Source: a virus. Taken from it: 64,000 nucleotides of DNA. The position numbers were made by a program, and so were the translations under genes. Within the stretch, counting starts at the first letter, position 1; every line of letters starts with the position of its first letter. The notes below the pieces were generated by a model. That model was not told the origin of the DNA, did no database searches, and saw only the letters and a program-made list of their open reading frames with translations. Below, piece after piece: positions 44,599 to 55,134 of the stretch. The stretch covers positions 1 to 64,000 of IMG/VR virus record IMGVR_UViG_3300009506_000015; one strand, 5' to 3'.

Positions 44599-46902
44599 AT
44601 GAACGATCTCGAGGGTGTCCGAATATACAACAAGGAGAGGGGGATCGGCGGATACGACCCGACCACGCAGAAATGGCGCGACGGTATGGGTCGTTTTGCT
44701 AAAAGGGAAGATGTAGAACGAAACCCGATCTCGTCAGGCAGGTTCGTTGCGATACCGACATTCAACAGGGTGTCGAAGCTGGCGACGGACCTCGAGCTTA
44801 TTATAGGCGGCCTGGACCCCAACCAGCTACGCGTTGCGGAAGCCGCCGTAGAACCCATGCCGTCTGCCATGCTGGCCATGATGCGCCTGTCCGAGTTCTA
44901 CTGTCGCACGGAGGGCGACATATTCCAGACGATTGAAGTGCCTCTGGACGTCGCATTGAAGCCGCTTGAGTTCGAATCTCCTGACGCCGGGTATCAGAAG
45001 GAACTCGAAGAACTGTACAGCGAATATAACCTAGATATATACCAGAACCTATACTATATCTGGCTGTGCAGCGGTATCTACGGGCAGGCGTTCCCCTACG
45101 AGATATGGGGTGAAAGCCCGGAAGACACGCGTATTGTCTTGCTACCGCCCAAGAATGTGGACGTGGGCCAATCGTTCAGCCTGTACGGTGGCGGGCTGTC
45201 AATCGCCACGGATAGCAGGATACGCTGGACGGAACAACTGATAGCCACGAACTTCCCGCCCATGATGTACAATAGGCGATCCGCAGACTGGAACGAAGCG
45301 GTAGCGCAGGGGATCAACCTGCCGATCAGGTCGGAAGACTGCTACCCTGTGCGCGAGAAGTCCCTGCCGTTCCAGCGGTACGCGGTCCCGCCGGTGGTCA
45401 GGGCCAGTAGGGCGATATCCACGCGCCGCGTGTTCGAGGAAATGCGCCGCGCCACAGTAGAAGGCTACAAGAACCAGCTCTGGCTATTCCTGCTTGGCGA
45501 CGCAGAAAACAGACCGCTGCCAGACGAGATCGCGCACCTGGCCGACGAAGTCGAGGGTATCGGCGGCGAGCGCACAGGCGTCATGGTCTGGACGGGCGAC
45601 CTGCGCGTGGAGGTAATCGCGCCGAACGCACCGGACAAGATGATGGCGAACGAGACGTACATCGGCCTGACTCTGGAAGTGTTCAGGAAGATGGGCATTA
45701 GCCTGATGGTCGTGTCAGGTGAGCGCGGCCCTATGGGCGGGTCAGGCAAGACTGGCGATATGAACATCGACATCAGCATCATGCTCGAACGACTGAAGTT
45801 CAAAGTGAACCAGATGCTACGGTGGGAACGCCAGTTCAGGAACAAGCTGGCCAAGAAGATGGGTCCGAAGGCTGTAAAGGCCAACAAGGACACCAGGGTC
45901 CATTTCGGGAAGATTGGAATGGAAGTGGAACGAGAGATTAGGGAGCGGTTACTGCCAGCATACCAGGCCGGGCCGCTGTCCATCCAGACGTTCCTGCAAG
46001 AAGGTGGCTGGAAGTGGGTCACGGAACTGGAACGCAAAAAGGACGAGGAGAAGCTCCGCGAACTGTTCAGCCCACCAGCCACGTATGCGCAGCAGGTGGT
46101 GAACCAGCAGGGTCAGGCGGTAAAGGAAATCAAACAGGTTCCGTCACCTGGCCGACCGCCTAACAAGCTCGAGTCGCCACAGGCTATGGTCAAGAAGGAA
46201 CAGAGGGACCAGCAGGTCAAGGCCGGGTTCTACCTGGAAGCGTCCGCCAATTTCGACACGTATGTCGAAGAGGTATACGACGCCTATGATCGCATGATAG
46301 CCTACAAGGACGTGCCCAGCTTCATCAGCGAACTGAAGCAGATCAACGAGGACTACATGCTGGACTTCGCCAAGGATGGCTATGAGTCCGTTGGTGGCGC
46401 GTTCGACGTGGACGCAGAATGGGTTGACGGCGCTGTGGCGTTTGTGAATTCTTACGCAGACTCATTCGGGCAGAGGCTCGAGGGTGCGATTGACGACACA
46501 ACCGCGCTCGAAGACAAACGGTACAACGCATACCTGTATCCACAGGAAGGCAGACACCTGGCGTACATGTACGGCGTGCAACAGGCCATGAAGGAAAAGG
46601 GTGCCAGGGGGTGGCGCAGGGTGCTGCACCCCGAGCTGTCCAAGACAGGTCCGTGTCAGCAATGCATGGCGGATTCTGCGCTTGTGCATCCTATCACAGA
46701 AGGGTTCTTCGAGTTCCATCCTAACGGCGTTTGTTCCGCTCAGGGGGTCGCTTTCTACACATCGACCGCAGAAATCCCGGTAGAAATCCCCGTTCCCGGC
46801 AAGGTATTCGACAGGGAATTGATCATGAAATTCCTCAGAAAACTAGGTAGGGCTATCACTGGCCCGATACAGAACATAGTAAGAAGGGTGAGGAGTGACT
46901 AA
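44599..46902 (+). CDS. Portal protein fused to a MuF-like head morphogenesis domain
   Basis: Follows terL; portal-sized helical region, then W....PCQQC...HPNGVC MuF-like C-terminus; AGGAG RBS. Confidence 0.65.
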   Translation: MNDLEGVRIYNKERGIGGYDPTTQKWRDGMGRFAKREDVERNPISSGRFVAIPTFNRVSKLATDLELIIGGLDPNQLRVAEAAVEPMPSAMLAMMRLSEFYCRTEGDIFQTIEVPLDVALKPLEFESPDAGYQKELEELYSEYNLDIYQNLYYIWLCSGIYGQAFPYEIWGESPEDTRIVLLPPKNVDVGQSFSLYGGGLSIATDSRIRWTEQLIATNFPPMMYNRRSADWNEAVAQGINLPIRSEDCYPVREKSLPFQRYAVPPVVRASRAISTRRVFEEMRRATVEGYKNQLWLFLLGDAENRPLPDEIAHLADEVEGIGGERTGVMVWTGDLRVEVIAPNAPDKMMANETYIGLTLEVFRKMGISLMVVSGERGPMGGSGKTGDMNIDISIMLERLKFKVNQMLRWERQFRNKLAKKMGPKAVKANKDTRVHFGKIGMEVEREIRERLLPAYQAGPLSIQTFLQEGGWKWVTELERKKDEEKLRELFSPPATYAQQVVNQQGQAVKEIKQVPSPGRPPNKLESPQAMVKKEQRDQQVKAGFYLEASANFDTYVEEVYDAYDRMIAYKDVPSFISELKQINEDYMLDFAKDGYESVGGAFDVDAEWVDGAVAFVNSYADSFGQRLEGAIDDTTALEDKRYNAYLYPQEGRHLAYMYGVQQAMKEKGARGWRRVLHPELSKTGPCQQCMADSALVHPITEGFFEFHPNGVCSAQGVAFYTSTAEIPVEIPVPGKVFDRELIMKFLRKLGRAITGPIQNIVRRVRSD

Positions 46903-46904
46903 GG

Positions 46905-48011
46905 TTGAAGATACTATACGTGTATGCCGACGTAGCTGGTTCGGACGGCGGTTATTGTTCTAGCTGGCTGTGCGCGTTTCCCGTAACGGCCCTGGAGAGG
47001 GCGGGGTACGACGTGGACATGGTACACGCTACGGAGTTCATAGCAGATAGGCCGAAAGCAGACATCATCGTCGTAGAGCGTCTTCTCTGGGTTGGCAACG
47101 AGGGTTTCGATCTGTCCGAATATCCAGATGGGCCGCGCAAGAATTCGCTCCGGTATTACACAAGGATGAACACACTGGACGCCATCACGGACGCCCAGGA
47201 GAATGGCAGCAAGGTCATAGCCGTTCTGGACGACTACTACGAAGCTCATCCAGGCGGCAAGTTCAAGTTCATCAGGGACATGTGGCTCGATGGCGTGAGC
47301 CGTGGCGTTGACATGGGCTTCAAGCCCATAGAAGACCTGAAAGCGGTGCTCGGAGTTGTGGACGCCGTGATGACTCCGTCCAAGTTCCTGACGTTCCATT
47401 ATGGCCAATATGCACACAAGGCATACTATGTCCATAATAGGCCGATACTCGATATGTTCCCGACAAGACCAGTCGATACCGTATCCGGCGATAAGATAGT
47501 CATAGGCTGGAGTGGTACTGGACAACACGTCGAAACGTGGGTCGATAACCCAATGATTGACGCCCTCGCAAGGCTCAGGAAGGACATTGTCGTGTCTGGC
47601 GTCATACCGGACATGGTGTGTGACATCATAGAACATGCGGGCGTAGAGGTACGGCAGATAGGTCCGGTAGAGATAGAAAAGTTCCCGCACGTCGTGGCTG
47701 GTTACGACATAGGCATCTGCCCGCTATGGGGTGAATACGACAAGGGGAGGTCGTGGATCAAGTGGCTGGAGTGCAGCCTAATGGGCAAGCCGGTCGTAGC
47801 ACAAGACCTGGCTGGCGTGTATTCAGAGTGTAAGGGTGGATATCTTGCGTCCACGCCAGAAGAATGGCACGATGCTCTCAGCACGCTCGTATATGATGAA
47901 CGAGCGAGGCGTGGAGAGTCGCTAGCCGGACTGTCGTGGTCGTGGCGGCAGGGGCTAGAAGAAAATCTGGACGAACTCCTGGGGGTGTTTGATGAAGTCA
48001 GGCATGGATGA
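46905..48011 (+). CDS. Glycosyltransferase, GT-B fold
   Basis: LDD, VMTPSKFL, IGWSG, DIGICPL...KWLECSLMGKPVVA. Confidence 0.85.
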   Translation: MKILYVYADVAGSDGGYCSSWLCAFPVTALERAGYDVDMVHATEFIADRPKADIIVVERLLWVGNEGFDLSEYPDGPRKNSLRYYTRMNTLDAITDAQENGSKVIAVLDDYYEAHPGGKFKFIRDMWLDGVSRGVDMGFKPIEDLKAVLGVVDAVMTPSKFLTFHYGQYAHKAYYVHNRPILDMFPTRPVDTVSGDKIVIGWSGTGQHVETWVDNPMIDALARLRKDIVVSGVIPDMVCDIIEHAGVEVRQIGPVEIEKFPHVVAGYDIGICPLWGEYDKGRSWIKWLECSLMGKPVVAQDLAGVYSECKGGYLASTPEEWHDALSTLVYDERARRGESLAGLSWSWRQGLEENLDELLGVFDEVRHG

Positions 48012-48789
48012 ATTCAAGACGGACGTTGTGGTGCCGACGTACAATCAGTTCAATCTGGTGACACAGTGCATCGCGTCACTGTCTGGGCAGGAAGGTATAG
48101 GGACTATCATCGTTGTGGACGACGCATCCACGGACTTTGCGACCGTGGAGTATCTAAGCTATATGCACAACGAGGGGTCGATAAGGCTTCTACGATCTGA
48201 CAGCAACCGTGGGTTTATCAGGTCGGTCAATGCAGGTATGAAGATGGTAGAGACCCAGTACGCAGTAATCGTGAATTCCGACACGGTGCCGACGGGCCGG
48301 TACGCGCTGTATAATCTTGTTGTGGGCGTACATAACGCCAGGGCGCAGGTGGGTGGTGCGAAGCTGCTGTTCATGCCAGGTTCGAAATACGGAAAGAGGT
48401 TCACAATCCAGCACGCTGGCATAGCGTTCGACCCAGAGCTGGTGCCCTATCATCCGTTCATGCACTTGCACCGCGACACGAAAGCCGCGAACGTTACCAG
48501 GAAGGTGAACGCCGTGACAGGGGCGATATTCTGTGTGGAGGTCGATACGTGGACGAAGGTCGGTGGATTCGACCCAGTGTTCGGTGGTGGTGTGTACGAG
48601 GATGTGGACTACTGCCTGAGAGCTGGCGATGTGATGTACATATCTGGTTCAGAATGGCTACATATGATGCACGGTTCACAGACGCAGGGACACGATCTGT
48701 TTGATCTGTCGGACCACAACCTGGAAATATTGCACAAGAAGTGGCGGCACGCGCTGAAGTGCGACCAGAAACTATTCTACGGAGTATAA
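48004..48789 (+). CDS. Glycosyltransferase family 2
   Basis: VVVPTYN, VVDDAS, NRGF, NSD, VTGA, YEDVDYC. Confidence 0.9.
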   Translation: MDEFKTDVVVPTYNQFNLVTQCIASLSGQEGIGTIIVVDDASTDFATVEYLSYMHNEGSIRLLRSDSNRGFIRSVNAGMKMVETQYAVIVNSDTVPTGRYALYNLVVGVHNARAQVGGAKLLFMPGSKYGKRFTIQHAGIAFDPELVPYHPFMHLHRDTKAANVTRKVNAVTGAIFCVEVDTWTKVGGFDPVFGGGVYEDVDYCLRAGDVMYISGSEWLHMMHGSQTQGHDLFDLSDHNLEILHKKWRHALKCDQKLFYGV

Positions 48790-48790
48790 G

Positions 48791-49810
48791 GTGAAGATAG
48801 GTGTCATCAGCGAGGTATATGGCGGCATAACGACGCCGCCTAAGAACTACGGTGGCATTTCGGCATCGGTACACAATCTGACTGAGGCGCTTATAGCTCG
48901 TGGGCACGACGTGACGCTATTTGCACCTGCGGGTTCGTGGACTAGCGGCAGGCTGGTGGTCGTTGCCGGTGGGGACGCTCCGTCTAATGACGGGTCCAAG
49001 ATGCCACCATACGTGTACGACTGTATGGCGGAAGTAGGCAACATTGATGTATGGATAGATGGGTCGCACCACAAGAGGTTCGCCCGGTACTGTAAAGAAT
49101 ACGAACCGTGGGTGCCGATCCTGTGCCCCTCGTGGAACCCTAACAAGGCAGACCTGCCACAGAATACCGTGTGCCAGTCGCCACACATGCCATCGGTTAT
49201 AGGTGACATGCCAGATGATACTCCGTGGATGTTCGCCGGTATCCCGTCCGAGCAATACAGCACATCAGAGGGACCATATGGCCCGGCAGTATCCATCAAT
49301 GTCATAGCGCCGTACAAGGGCATCGACCTGCTCGTCCGTGCTGCGGCCAAATATAACATACCGCTTGTCCTTTATGGGCATTGCCCTAGCCAGAAGTGGT
49401 ACGACCAGGCGGTGGGTCCGTATGTGGACAAATCTGACAACATCGAGTACAAAGGGCTGATAGGCAACGAGCGCATCGACATACTGGCGCACGCCGTAGC
49501 CTCGTTCACCCTGGCGAACTGGCCCGAACCTGGGTCCAGAGTGTCCATAGAATCGTTTGCTAGTGGCTGCCCCGTTATTGCGACGAAGTGCGGTTGTTTT
49601 CCATACTATATAGAGGACGGTATAAACGGCTCGCTCGTTGACCAAAATGAAGAATCGGTATATAATGGATGGCGACAGGTTATTGATAGTGGAGACGCCA
49701 TGAGGAAAGCGGCCAGAATGACGGCGGAGACAAAATTCGATATGGAACACTGGGTATCTGGTTGGGAGACACTGATGCAAAGGGTGATAGGTGGGGAGAG
49801 GTGGGAGTAA
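48791..49810 (+). CDS. Glycosyltransferase family 4
   Basis: PPKNYGG, GHDVTLFA, KG, EPGS...IESFASGCPVI. Confidence 0.9.
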   Translation: MKIGVISEVYGGITTPPKNYGGISASVHNLTEALIARGHDVTLFAPAGSWTSGRLVVVAGGDAPSNDGSKMPPYVYDCMAEVGNIDVWIDGSHHKRFARYCKEYEPWVPILCPSWNPNKADLPQNTVCQSPHMPSVIGDMPDDTPWMFAGIPSEQYSTSEGPYGPAVSINVIAPYKGIDLLVRAAAKYNIPLVLYGHCPSQKWYDQAVGPYVDKSDNIEYKGLIGNERIDILAHAVASFTLANWPEPGSRVSIESFASGCPVIATKCGCFPYYIEDGINGSLVDQNEESVYNGWRQVIDSGDAMRKAARMTAETKFDMEHWVSGWETLMQRVIGGERWE

Positions 49811-50832
49811 GGATTCCAGTAAGCAGACCGACGACACATTCTATACTCAGGACTGCCACGGCGATTGGCCCCGCAATGCAGCGCGGTATCCTGACCAACA
49901 ATGGGCCGATAGTCAGCGAATTTGAAAGATCAATCTCTGAGACAGTACATGCGCCGTTCGTAGCAATGGCGAACGGGACGCTCGCCCTCGAAGCGGCCCT
50001 ATCCGTCCTATTCCCCAGACCAGTACCTATAGGCATACCGTCGTTCACGTTCGTCGCCGTCGCGTCGTCTGTAGTCAGGTGCGGACATACGCCAGTATTC
50101 ATCGACATAGATATGGATACCTGGACAATGGACCCTGACCTTGCAGCCAGGAAGATGGCGCACGTCGCCGGGTTCATCGTGGCCAACACCTTCGGTGTGC
50201 AGCCGCATGAATTCTTCAGCGGCGGCATGATAACGATCTACGACAATGCGGAAGGGTTTGGCACGACAGACAGGCGCTTTGGGACTATGGACACGTACTC
50301 GTTCCATGCTACCAAGGTGGTCAACTCGTGCGAGGGCGGCGGTGTCGTATGCGCGTCACAGGAAGATGCTGTGGAGCTTAGGAAGTGGCGCAACTTCGGC
50401 CTGGACGGTGTCACGGGCGACGCCGACATGGTCGGGTCCAATGCGAAGATGAGCGAAATTCACGCCGCGTTCGGCTTGCAATCTCTAAGGGACGCGGATA
50501 GACAGGTCAATGCCCGTCACGACCTGCTCGGCATGTACAAGGAACGACTGGAAGGATATGTCGTGTTTCAGTCCGGCAATCCGTTGAACTGCGTCGTGCT
50601 GGTAGACGACAGGAGTGCGGTGGAGAAAGCCCTGGACGATGCTGGCATAGACACCAGGGCGTATTTCTTCCCCATACATAAGATGAAACCGTATGCCAGG
50701 TATACCACAGAACATCTGCCGGTGACGGACTACATATCCAGCAGGTCGTTAGCCCTGCCACTGTGGGCTGGCATGACCGCAGACACGGTAGAGTGTATTT
50801 GCGACATTATCAGGGAGGCGATAGATGGATGA
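49801..50832 (+). CDS. DegT/DnrJ/EryC1/StrS sugar aminotransferase (VioA-like)
   Basis: LTNNGP, NGTLAL, PSFTF, SFHATK, EGG, NAKMSE. Confidence 0.9.
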   Translation: MGVRIPVSRPTTHSILRTATAIGPAMQRGILTNNGPIVSEFERSISETVHAPFVAMANGTLALEAALSVLFPRPVPIGIPSFTFVAVASSVVRCGHTPVFIDIDMDTWTMDPDLAARKMAHVAGFIVANTFGVQPHEFFSGGMITIYDNAEGFGTTDRRFGTMDTYSFHATKVVNSCEGGGVVCASQEDAVELRKWRNFGLDGVTGDADMVGSNAKMSEIHAAFGLQSLRDADRQVNARHDLLGMYKERLEGYVVFQSGNPLNCVVLVDDRSAVEKALDDAGIDTRAYFFPIHKMKPYARYTTEHLPVTDYISSRSLALPLWAGMTADTVECICDIIREAIDG

Positions 50833-51508
50833 CATGATCATCGTGGGTGCGTCTGGCGGTATCGGCGTCGTGTTAGCGAACGCGTTCCGCAAAGAATACA
50901 ACCTGTACCTGACGCATAATGACAACCCGCTATATACATTCCAATCCACGCAGGTGGACCTTTCCGGTCCTGATATCTTCGGATACGTTGACAGCATTGC
51001 CAACGTCCTGTCCGACAAAGTAATCGTGGTCAACTGTGCTGGCGTTACTAGGAGCGCGATGGGCCACGTGATGGGCATACCATCGTTCGAAATGTTGCTG
51101 AACATTAACCTAGTCGGTGCGTTTAGGGTGTGCAGCGCGGTCCTGCCAATCATGCGCAAGAAGGGTTGGGGCAGGATCATCAACCTGTCGTCCGTGGTGG
51201 GCCACTTAGGCGTGCCTGGGACGAGTGCATACTCCGCATCGAAAGCTGGCCTCGAGGGTATGACCAGGACGCTGGCCGTAGAGAACGCGTCCAAGGGCAT
51301 AACGGTGAACTCGATTGTCCTGGGCTACATGGAAGCTGGTATGATAACATCTGTCCCAATGGGCTACCTGGAATCGGTTGTAAAGCTGATCCCGATGAAA
51401 AGGCTCGGCGGTGTGGTAAACATTGTCGAAGCGGTGAGGTTCCTGGTGGCCGCCGATTATGTCACCGGGACAAGCATAACGGTTGACGGAGGGTTGTTAT
51501 GCGCGTAG
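50825..51508 (+). CDS. SDR oxidoreductase (FabG/PhaB-like)
   Basis: GASGGIG, NCAG, GRIINLSSVVG, YSASK, VDGG. Confidence 0.9.
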   Translation: MDDMIIVGASGGIGVVLANAFRKEYNLYLTHNDNPLYTFQSTQVDLSGPDIFGYVDSIANVLSDKVIVVNCAGVTRSAMGHVMGIPSFEMLLNINLVGAFRVCSAVLPIMRKKGWGRIINLSSVVGHLGVPGTSAYSASKAGLEGMTRTLAVENASKGITVNSIVLGYMEAGMITSVPMGYLESVVKLIPMKRLGGVVNIVEAVRFLVAADYVTGTSITVDGGLLCA

Positions 51509-52032
51509 GGAAAGATGTCACAATCTATCCGTGGTGCAGGGTTGTGCGCCCAGATATGATAGAAATAGGGGATCACGTTATCATAGACGACTTCGTGTTC
51601 CTAGACGGTGGCAGAGGGACGACCATAGGGGATTACGTGCATATCGCCGCGCATACGGCGATAATGGGTGGCGGTTCGCTTATCATGGAGGACTTCAGTG
51701 GCTTCTCCGGCGGCGTCCGGGTGTACACTGGCGGTGATGACTATCTGGGCAATTACCTCACGAACCCGACGATACCGGACAAGTACAGGGGCAAATACTT
51801 CAGTTTCATACACATGCATAAACATGCCCTGATAGGGAGTGGCTGTATCGTACTCGCACCGCCGGAAGGTCTAATCGTAGGAGAGGGAGCTGCGGTCGGC
51901 GCGATGTCGCTCGTCAAGGACAATCTGGAACCGTGGACGTTATACGCTGGCGTGCCAGCAAAACCGATCAAGAGCCGCAACAGGGAAAGGATGCTGGCGC
52001 TTGAACGACAGCTTAGGGAGGATTTGGGATGA
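51499..52032 (+). CDS. Hexapeptide-repeat acyltransferase
   Basis: IGDHVII/IGDYVHI repeats; GEGAAVGA; AGVPAKPI. Confidence 0.9.
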   Translation: MRVGKDVTIYPWCRVVRPDMIEIGDHVIIDDFVFLDGGRGTTIGDYVHIAAHTAIMGGGSLIMEDFSGFSGGVRVYTGGDDYLGNYLTNPTIPDKYRGKYFSFIHMHKHALIGSGCIVLAPPEGLIVGEGAAVGAMSLVKDNLEPWTLYAGVPAKPIKSRNRERMLALERQLREDLG

Positions 52033-53828
52033 AAGCCTGTATCACAACGTCGCATCTTTATGGAATGGGTGGCGGGGCTAAGGCAGTCTTCGCCGTGGCA
52101 TCAGCACTGAAGCATATGTACGGGCACGTGACCATTTTTGTTAGGTCACAGATACCGGAGCTGGTTCTGGACGAAAAGCCAGACGGGATGCTGTACGCAT
52201 CGTGGTATGAAGGGTGCGCGTTGGGCTACGACGTGCTGTTCAACGTAGATCATTTCCATTACACAAAGCCGCAAGCCGCTAAGAACTATGCGTTAATATT
52301 CCATCCTCACAGTATGAACAAGCCACCGGAAGGATACGACATGCTGTTCTCCATCAGTGAGTATACACAGGTCGAGGTCGAAAGGCTATGGGGTCTAAAG
52401 TCCACGCTGTTGTATCTGCCTGTAGAGGATGATTATTACACGGGCGTCAAAGACAAAGTAATCCTCCACGTATCCAGATTCTCCGCGCCAAACCAATATG
52501 CAGACAAGGGCCACAGGCAGATGATCACGGCGTTCAAGTCCATATCGGACCTTGGCTGGTCATTCATCTTGGCTGGGTCTGTAGACCCGAAGCAGGCTGG
52601 GTATCTATCGTCCCTGATGGCCGATGCGTCGGGCTACGATATACAGTTTGCCATATCGCCATCTAGGAAAGAACTTCTCGGTCTATACGCCAACGCGTCT
52701 ATCTACTGGCACGCAACTGGCATAGGGATGAGGAAGGTAGTGGGCGCTCAGGAACACCTGGGCCTGACAACTATAGAGGCGATGGCTTCTGGCTGTGTCC
52801 CGGTCGTATATGGTACTGGCGGCCAGAAGGAGATCGTGAAGAGTGGCATCAACGGTATCCTTGTCGGTAGCGAGAAGGATATGGCTAGGGCTACGGTCGA
52901 GCTTACTAAGAAGCTCGACGTGTGGTCTATATTGCAACAGCAAGCAGCGAGGAGCGGCAAGGCATGGTGTGGACTTGATGGGTTCTACGATAGGTTCGAA
53001 GAAGCATTGTCCGGTGTAGACAACGGCGTTCCATCGGGATACGTGCCGAGCTTGAAGTATAAGAGATCAGACGTGGACATCATCATACCGGTGTGGAACA
53101 GCACGACGATACACAGATGTCTCGATGGCATACCAGAGGGGCCAAATGTCATCGTCGTTGACAACGGTTCAGACAATATCGTAGAACACCCACGTATCGA
53201 CAAATATATCAGACTCGAAGAAAACAGAGGGTTCAGCGGTGGCAACATGGCTGGATTTGCAGAGTCTACGAGGCCGCTCGTGCTGGCCCTAAACGACGAT
53301 TGCATCCCCAGTGGTGAAATGTGGCTCGATATCATGTTGCTGTCCATGAGCGAAGAGGGCGTCGGCGTAGTCGGCGCTAAGTTGACATACCCAGATGGCA
53401 GGCTTCAACATGCTGGCGTGTTGATAGACTGGAACAGGGAGGATATATGCTTCCATAGGTGGTACGGCGGTGCTGACCACCCTGCGGCAAACGTGATGAC
53501 TAAGGTAACGGCAGTCACCGGGGCATGTCTGTTGTGTAAGAGGGAGCTGTTCGATATGCACCCAGAGCTATACAAACTTGGCAACTATGAAGACGTCCAC
53601 TTGTGTCTCAGTGCATGGATGAATGGCTACTCGGTGATATATCAACCTGGCGCATCGTTGATACACATTGAAGCCGTCACGAAGTCGGGTACGGATGTGG
53701 ATTATACAGCCACAAACAGGCCCGAGTTCGTCCGCCAGTGGCGAAGTGTGTACCTCGATTCCGAAGAGATGAAAGTCGTTCGGGAGGTGAATGATGCCTC
53801 AGGGTGGGGCAGAACTAGTAATGACTAA
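52029..53828 (+). CDS. GT4-GT2 fusion glycosyltransferase
   Basis: EHLGLTTIEAMASG in the N half; IIIPVWN, VDNGS, LNDD, VTGAC, YED in the C half. Confidence 0.9.
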   Translation: MKACITTSHLYGMGGGAKAVFAVASALKHMYGHVTIFVRSQIPELVLDEKPDGMLYASWYEGCALGYDVLFNVDHFHYTKPQAAKNYALIFHPHSMNKPPEGYDMLFSISEYTQVEVERLWGLKSTLLYLPVEDDYYTGVKDKVILHVSRFSAPNQYADKGHRQMITAFKSISDLGWSFILAGSVDPKQAGYLSSLMADASGYDIQFAISPSRKELLGLYANASIYWHATGIGMRKVVGAQEHLGLTTIEAMASGCVPVVYGTGGQKEIVKSGINGILVGSEKDMARATVELTKKLDVWSILQQQAARSGKAWCGLDGFYDRFEEALSGVDNGVPSGYVPSLKYKRSDVDIIIPVWNSTTIHRCLDGIPEGPNVIVVDNGSDNIVEHPRIDKYIRLEENRGFSGGNMAGFAESTRPLVLALNDDCIPSGEMWLDIMLLSMSEEGVGVVGAKLTYPDGRLQHAGVLIDWNREDICFHRWYGGADHPAANVMTKVTAVTGACLLCKRELFDMHPELYKLGNYEDVHLCLSAWMNGYSVIYQPGASLIHIEAVTKSGTDVDYTATNRPEFVRQWRSVYLDSEEMKVVREVNDASGWGRTSND

Positions 53829-54126
53829 ATATCCACCGACTAAGGAAGACCTGTGGAAGCAGAACTGCGATCTACAGGAGCGCATGTTAAAAGTGATAGA
53901 GCGCAACAACGAAGTAATAACCAAGAACACAGAAGCGCAAACCAGCATGAACAGCATGATTGCTTCTATGCAGTCATCCCTAGACATGCTCGTGAAGCAG
54001 TTGCTTACTGTGTCCAACGGCGTGCCGCTGAGGGTATTTATGATCGTCGTGGTCACGCTTGTGGTGATCCTGTTCATAGTTGTCGGCATCAGCATGTCGG
54101 ACATTCAAAGACTAGTAGGAGGATGA
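53821..54126 (+). CDS. Coiled-coil plus TM protein (holin-like)
   Basis: N-terminal coiled coil, C-terminal hydrophobic helix. Confidence 0.5.
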   Translation: MTKYPPTKEDLWKQNCDLQERMLKVIERNNEVITKNTEAQTSMNSMIASMQSSLDMLVKQLLTVSNGVPLRVFMIVVVTLVVILFIVVGISMSDIQRLVGG

Positions 54127-54127
54127 C

Positions 54128-54916
54128 GTGTTAGTAGGGTTGACGGTTGTGAAAAATGCAACAAAGATGGGCTACCCGTGGGTAGAGTCCATCCTGTCCG
54201 TGATAGACTATGTAGACCACTTCCATATCGGGTACGGTCATTCCGAGGATAACACGTGGGAAGTGATAGAGACGATGATGCACAGCGACCGTTTCGGGCC
54301 GAAGATATCGGTTAGCACGTTCGAGTGGCCCACGATGGACACCGGATTTGCGATAGGTGCGGCGACGAATGACGCCCTAGCGCACATCAGGAAGTTCGGC
54401 GGCAAGGTGCTATATGTCCAGGCAGACGAACTGTGGCATCCAGAGTCCGTGGAAGAAATGGTAAGGCTGTCTGGCGAGGACTATGATGCGTACTCCGTCC
54501 CATATTTGCATCTGGAACACAACTTGCAGATAGTACAGGAAGGGGCTGGCTACCAGAGGGCTATCCGCATGGTAGCCAATAGGCCAGAGATCGTCGCCCA
54601 CAGGGACGCCTGGACGTTCGAGGGGTATTCCAAGCTGCTCGACATCCATTCGCTGCCACACCCGCTTGTACATTGCAACTACTTCCTGTGGGACAACGTG
54701 CCTGTCAAGAAGTGGGTCCAGGCCACAGAGCTGTACCAGGACTTGGGTCACTACAAGATGGCGGCAGAGCTGGCGTTCGGTGAGTGGAAGAAGCACGACG
54801 TTCCGCCGGAAATGTTCTTGGAACGCACATCGCCATTCGCAGAACATCTGCCAGAATGTATATTGCCGATGCTAGGCAAAAGGCGATATTATGTAAGGGA
54901 AGGCTTGATACAATGA
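54128..54916 (+). CDS. GT2-like glycosyltransferase
   Basis: KNA...YP.VESI.S, SEDNT, YVQADE. Confidence 0.8.
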   Translation: MLVGLTVVKNATKMGYPWVESILSVIDYVDHFHIGYGHSEDNTWEVIETMMHSDRFGPKISVSTFEWPTMDTGFAIGAATNDALAHIRKFGGKVLYVQADELWHPESVEEMVRLSGEDYDAYSVPYLHLEHNLQIVQEGAGYQRAIRMVANRPEIVAHRDAWTFEGYSKLLDIHSLPHPLVHCNYFLWDNVPVKKWVQATELYQDLGHYKMAAELAFGEWKKHDVPPEMFLERTSPFAEHLPECILPMLGKRRYYVREGLIQ

Positions 54917-55134
54917 CGGGAGTCGATGATTGTACAGTAACGGTAGGCGTATTCGGCACGCCTAAGATGGGAGCCTGGGAGTGCCCGCGTTGCCACATGA
55001 TCAACGCGCCGTGGGTGGAGCAATGTAATTGCCAGCCACAGCGTCGCGTCGTAACGTGGCCCGACCAAAATGCCACAGATGCGACAAGTGAGTACGGGCA
55101 CGTATACCCTGTTGGGGAGGTGGTTTATGGGTGA
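54913..55134 (+). CDS. Small Zn-finger protein
   Basis: WECPRC..INAPWV.QC.C. Confidence 0.55.
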   Translation: MTGVDDCTVTVGVFGTPKMGAWECPRCHMINAPWVEQCNCQPQRRVVTWPDQNATDATSEYGHVYPVGEVVYG

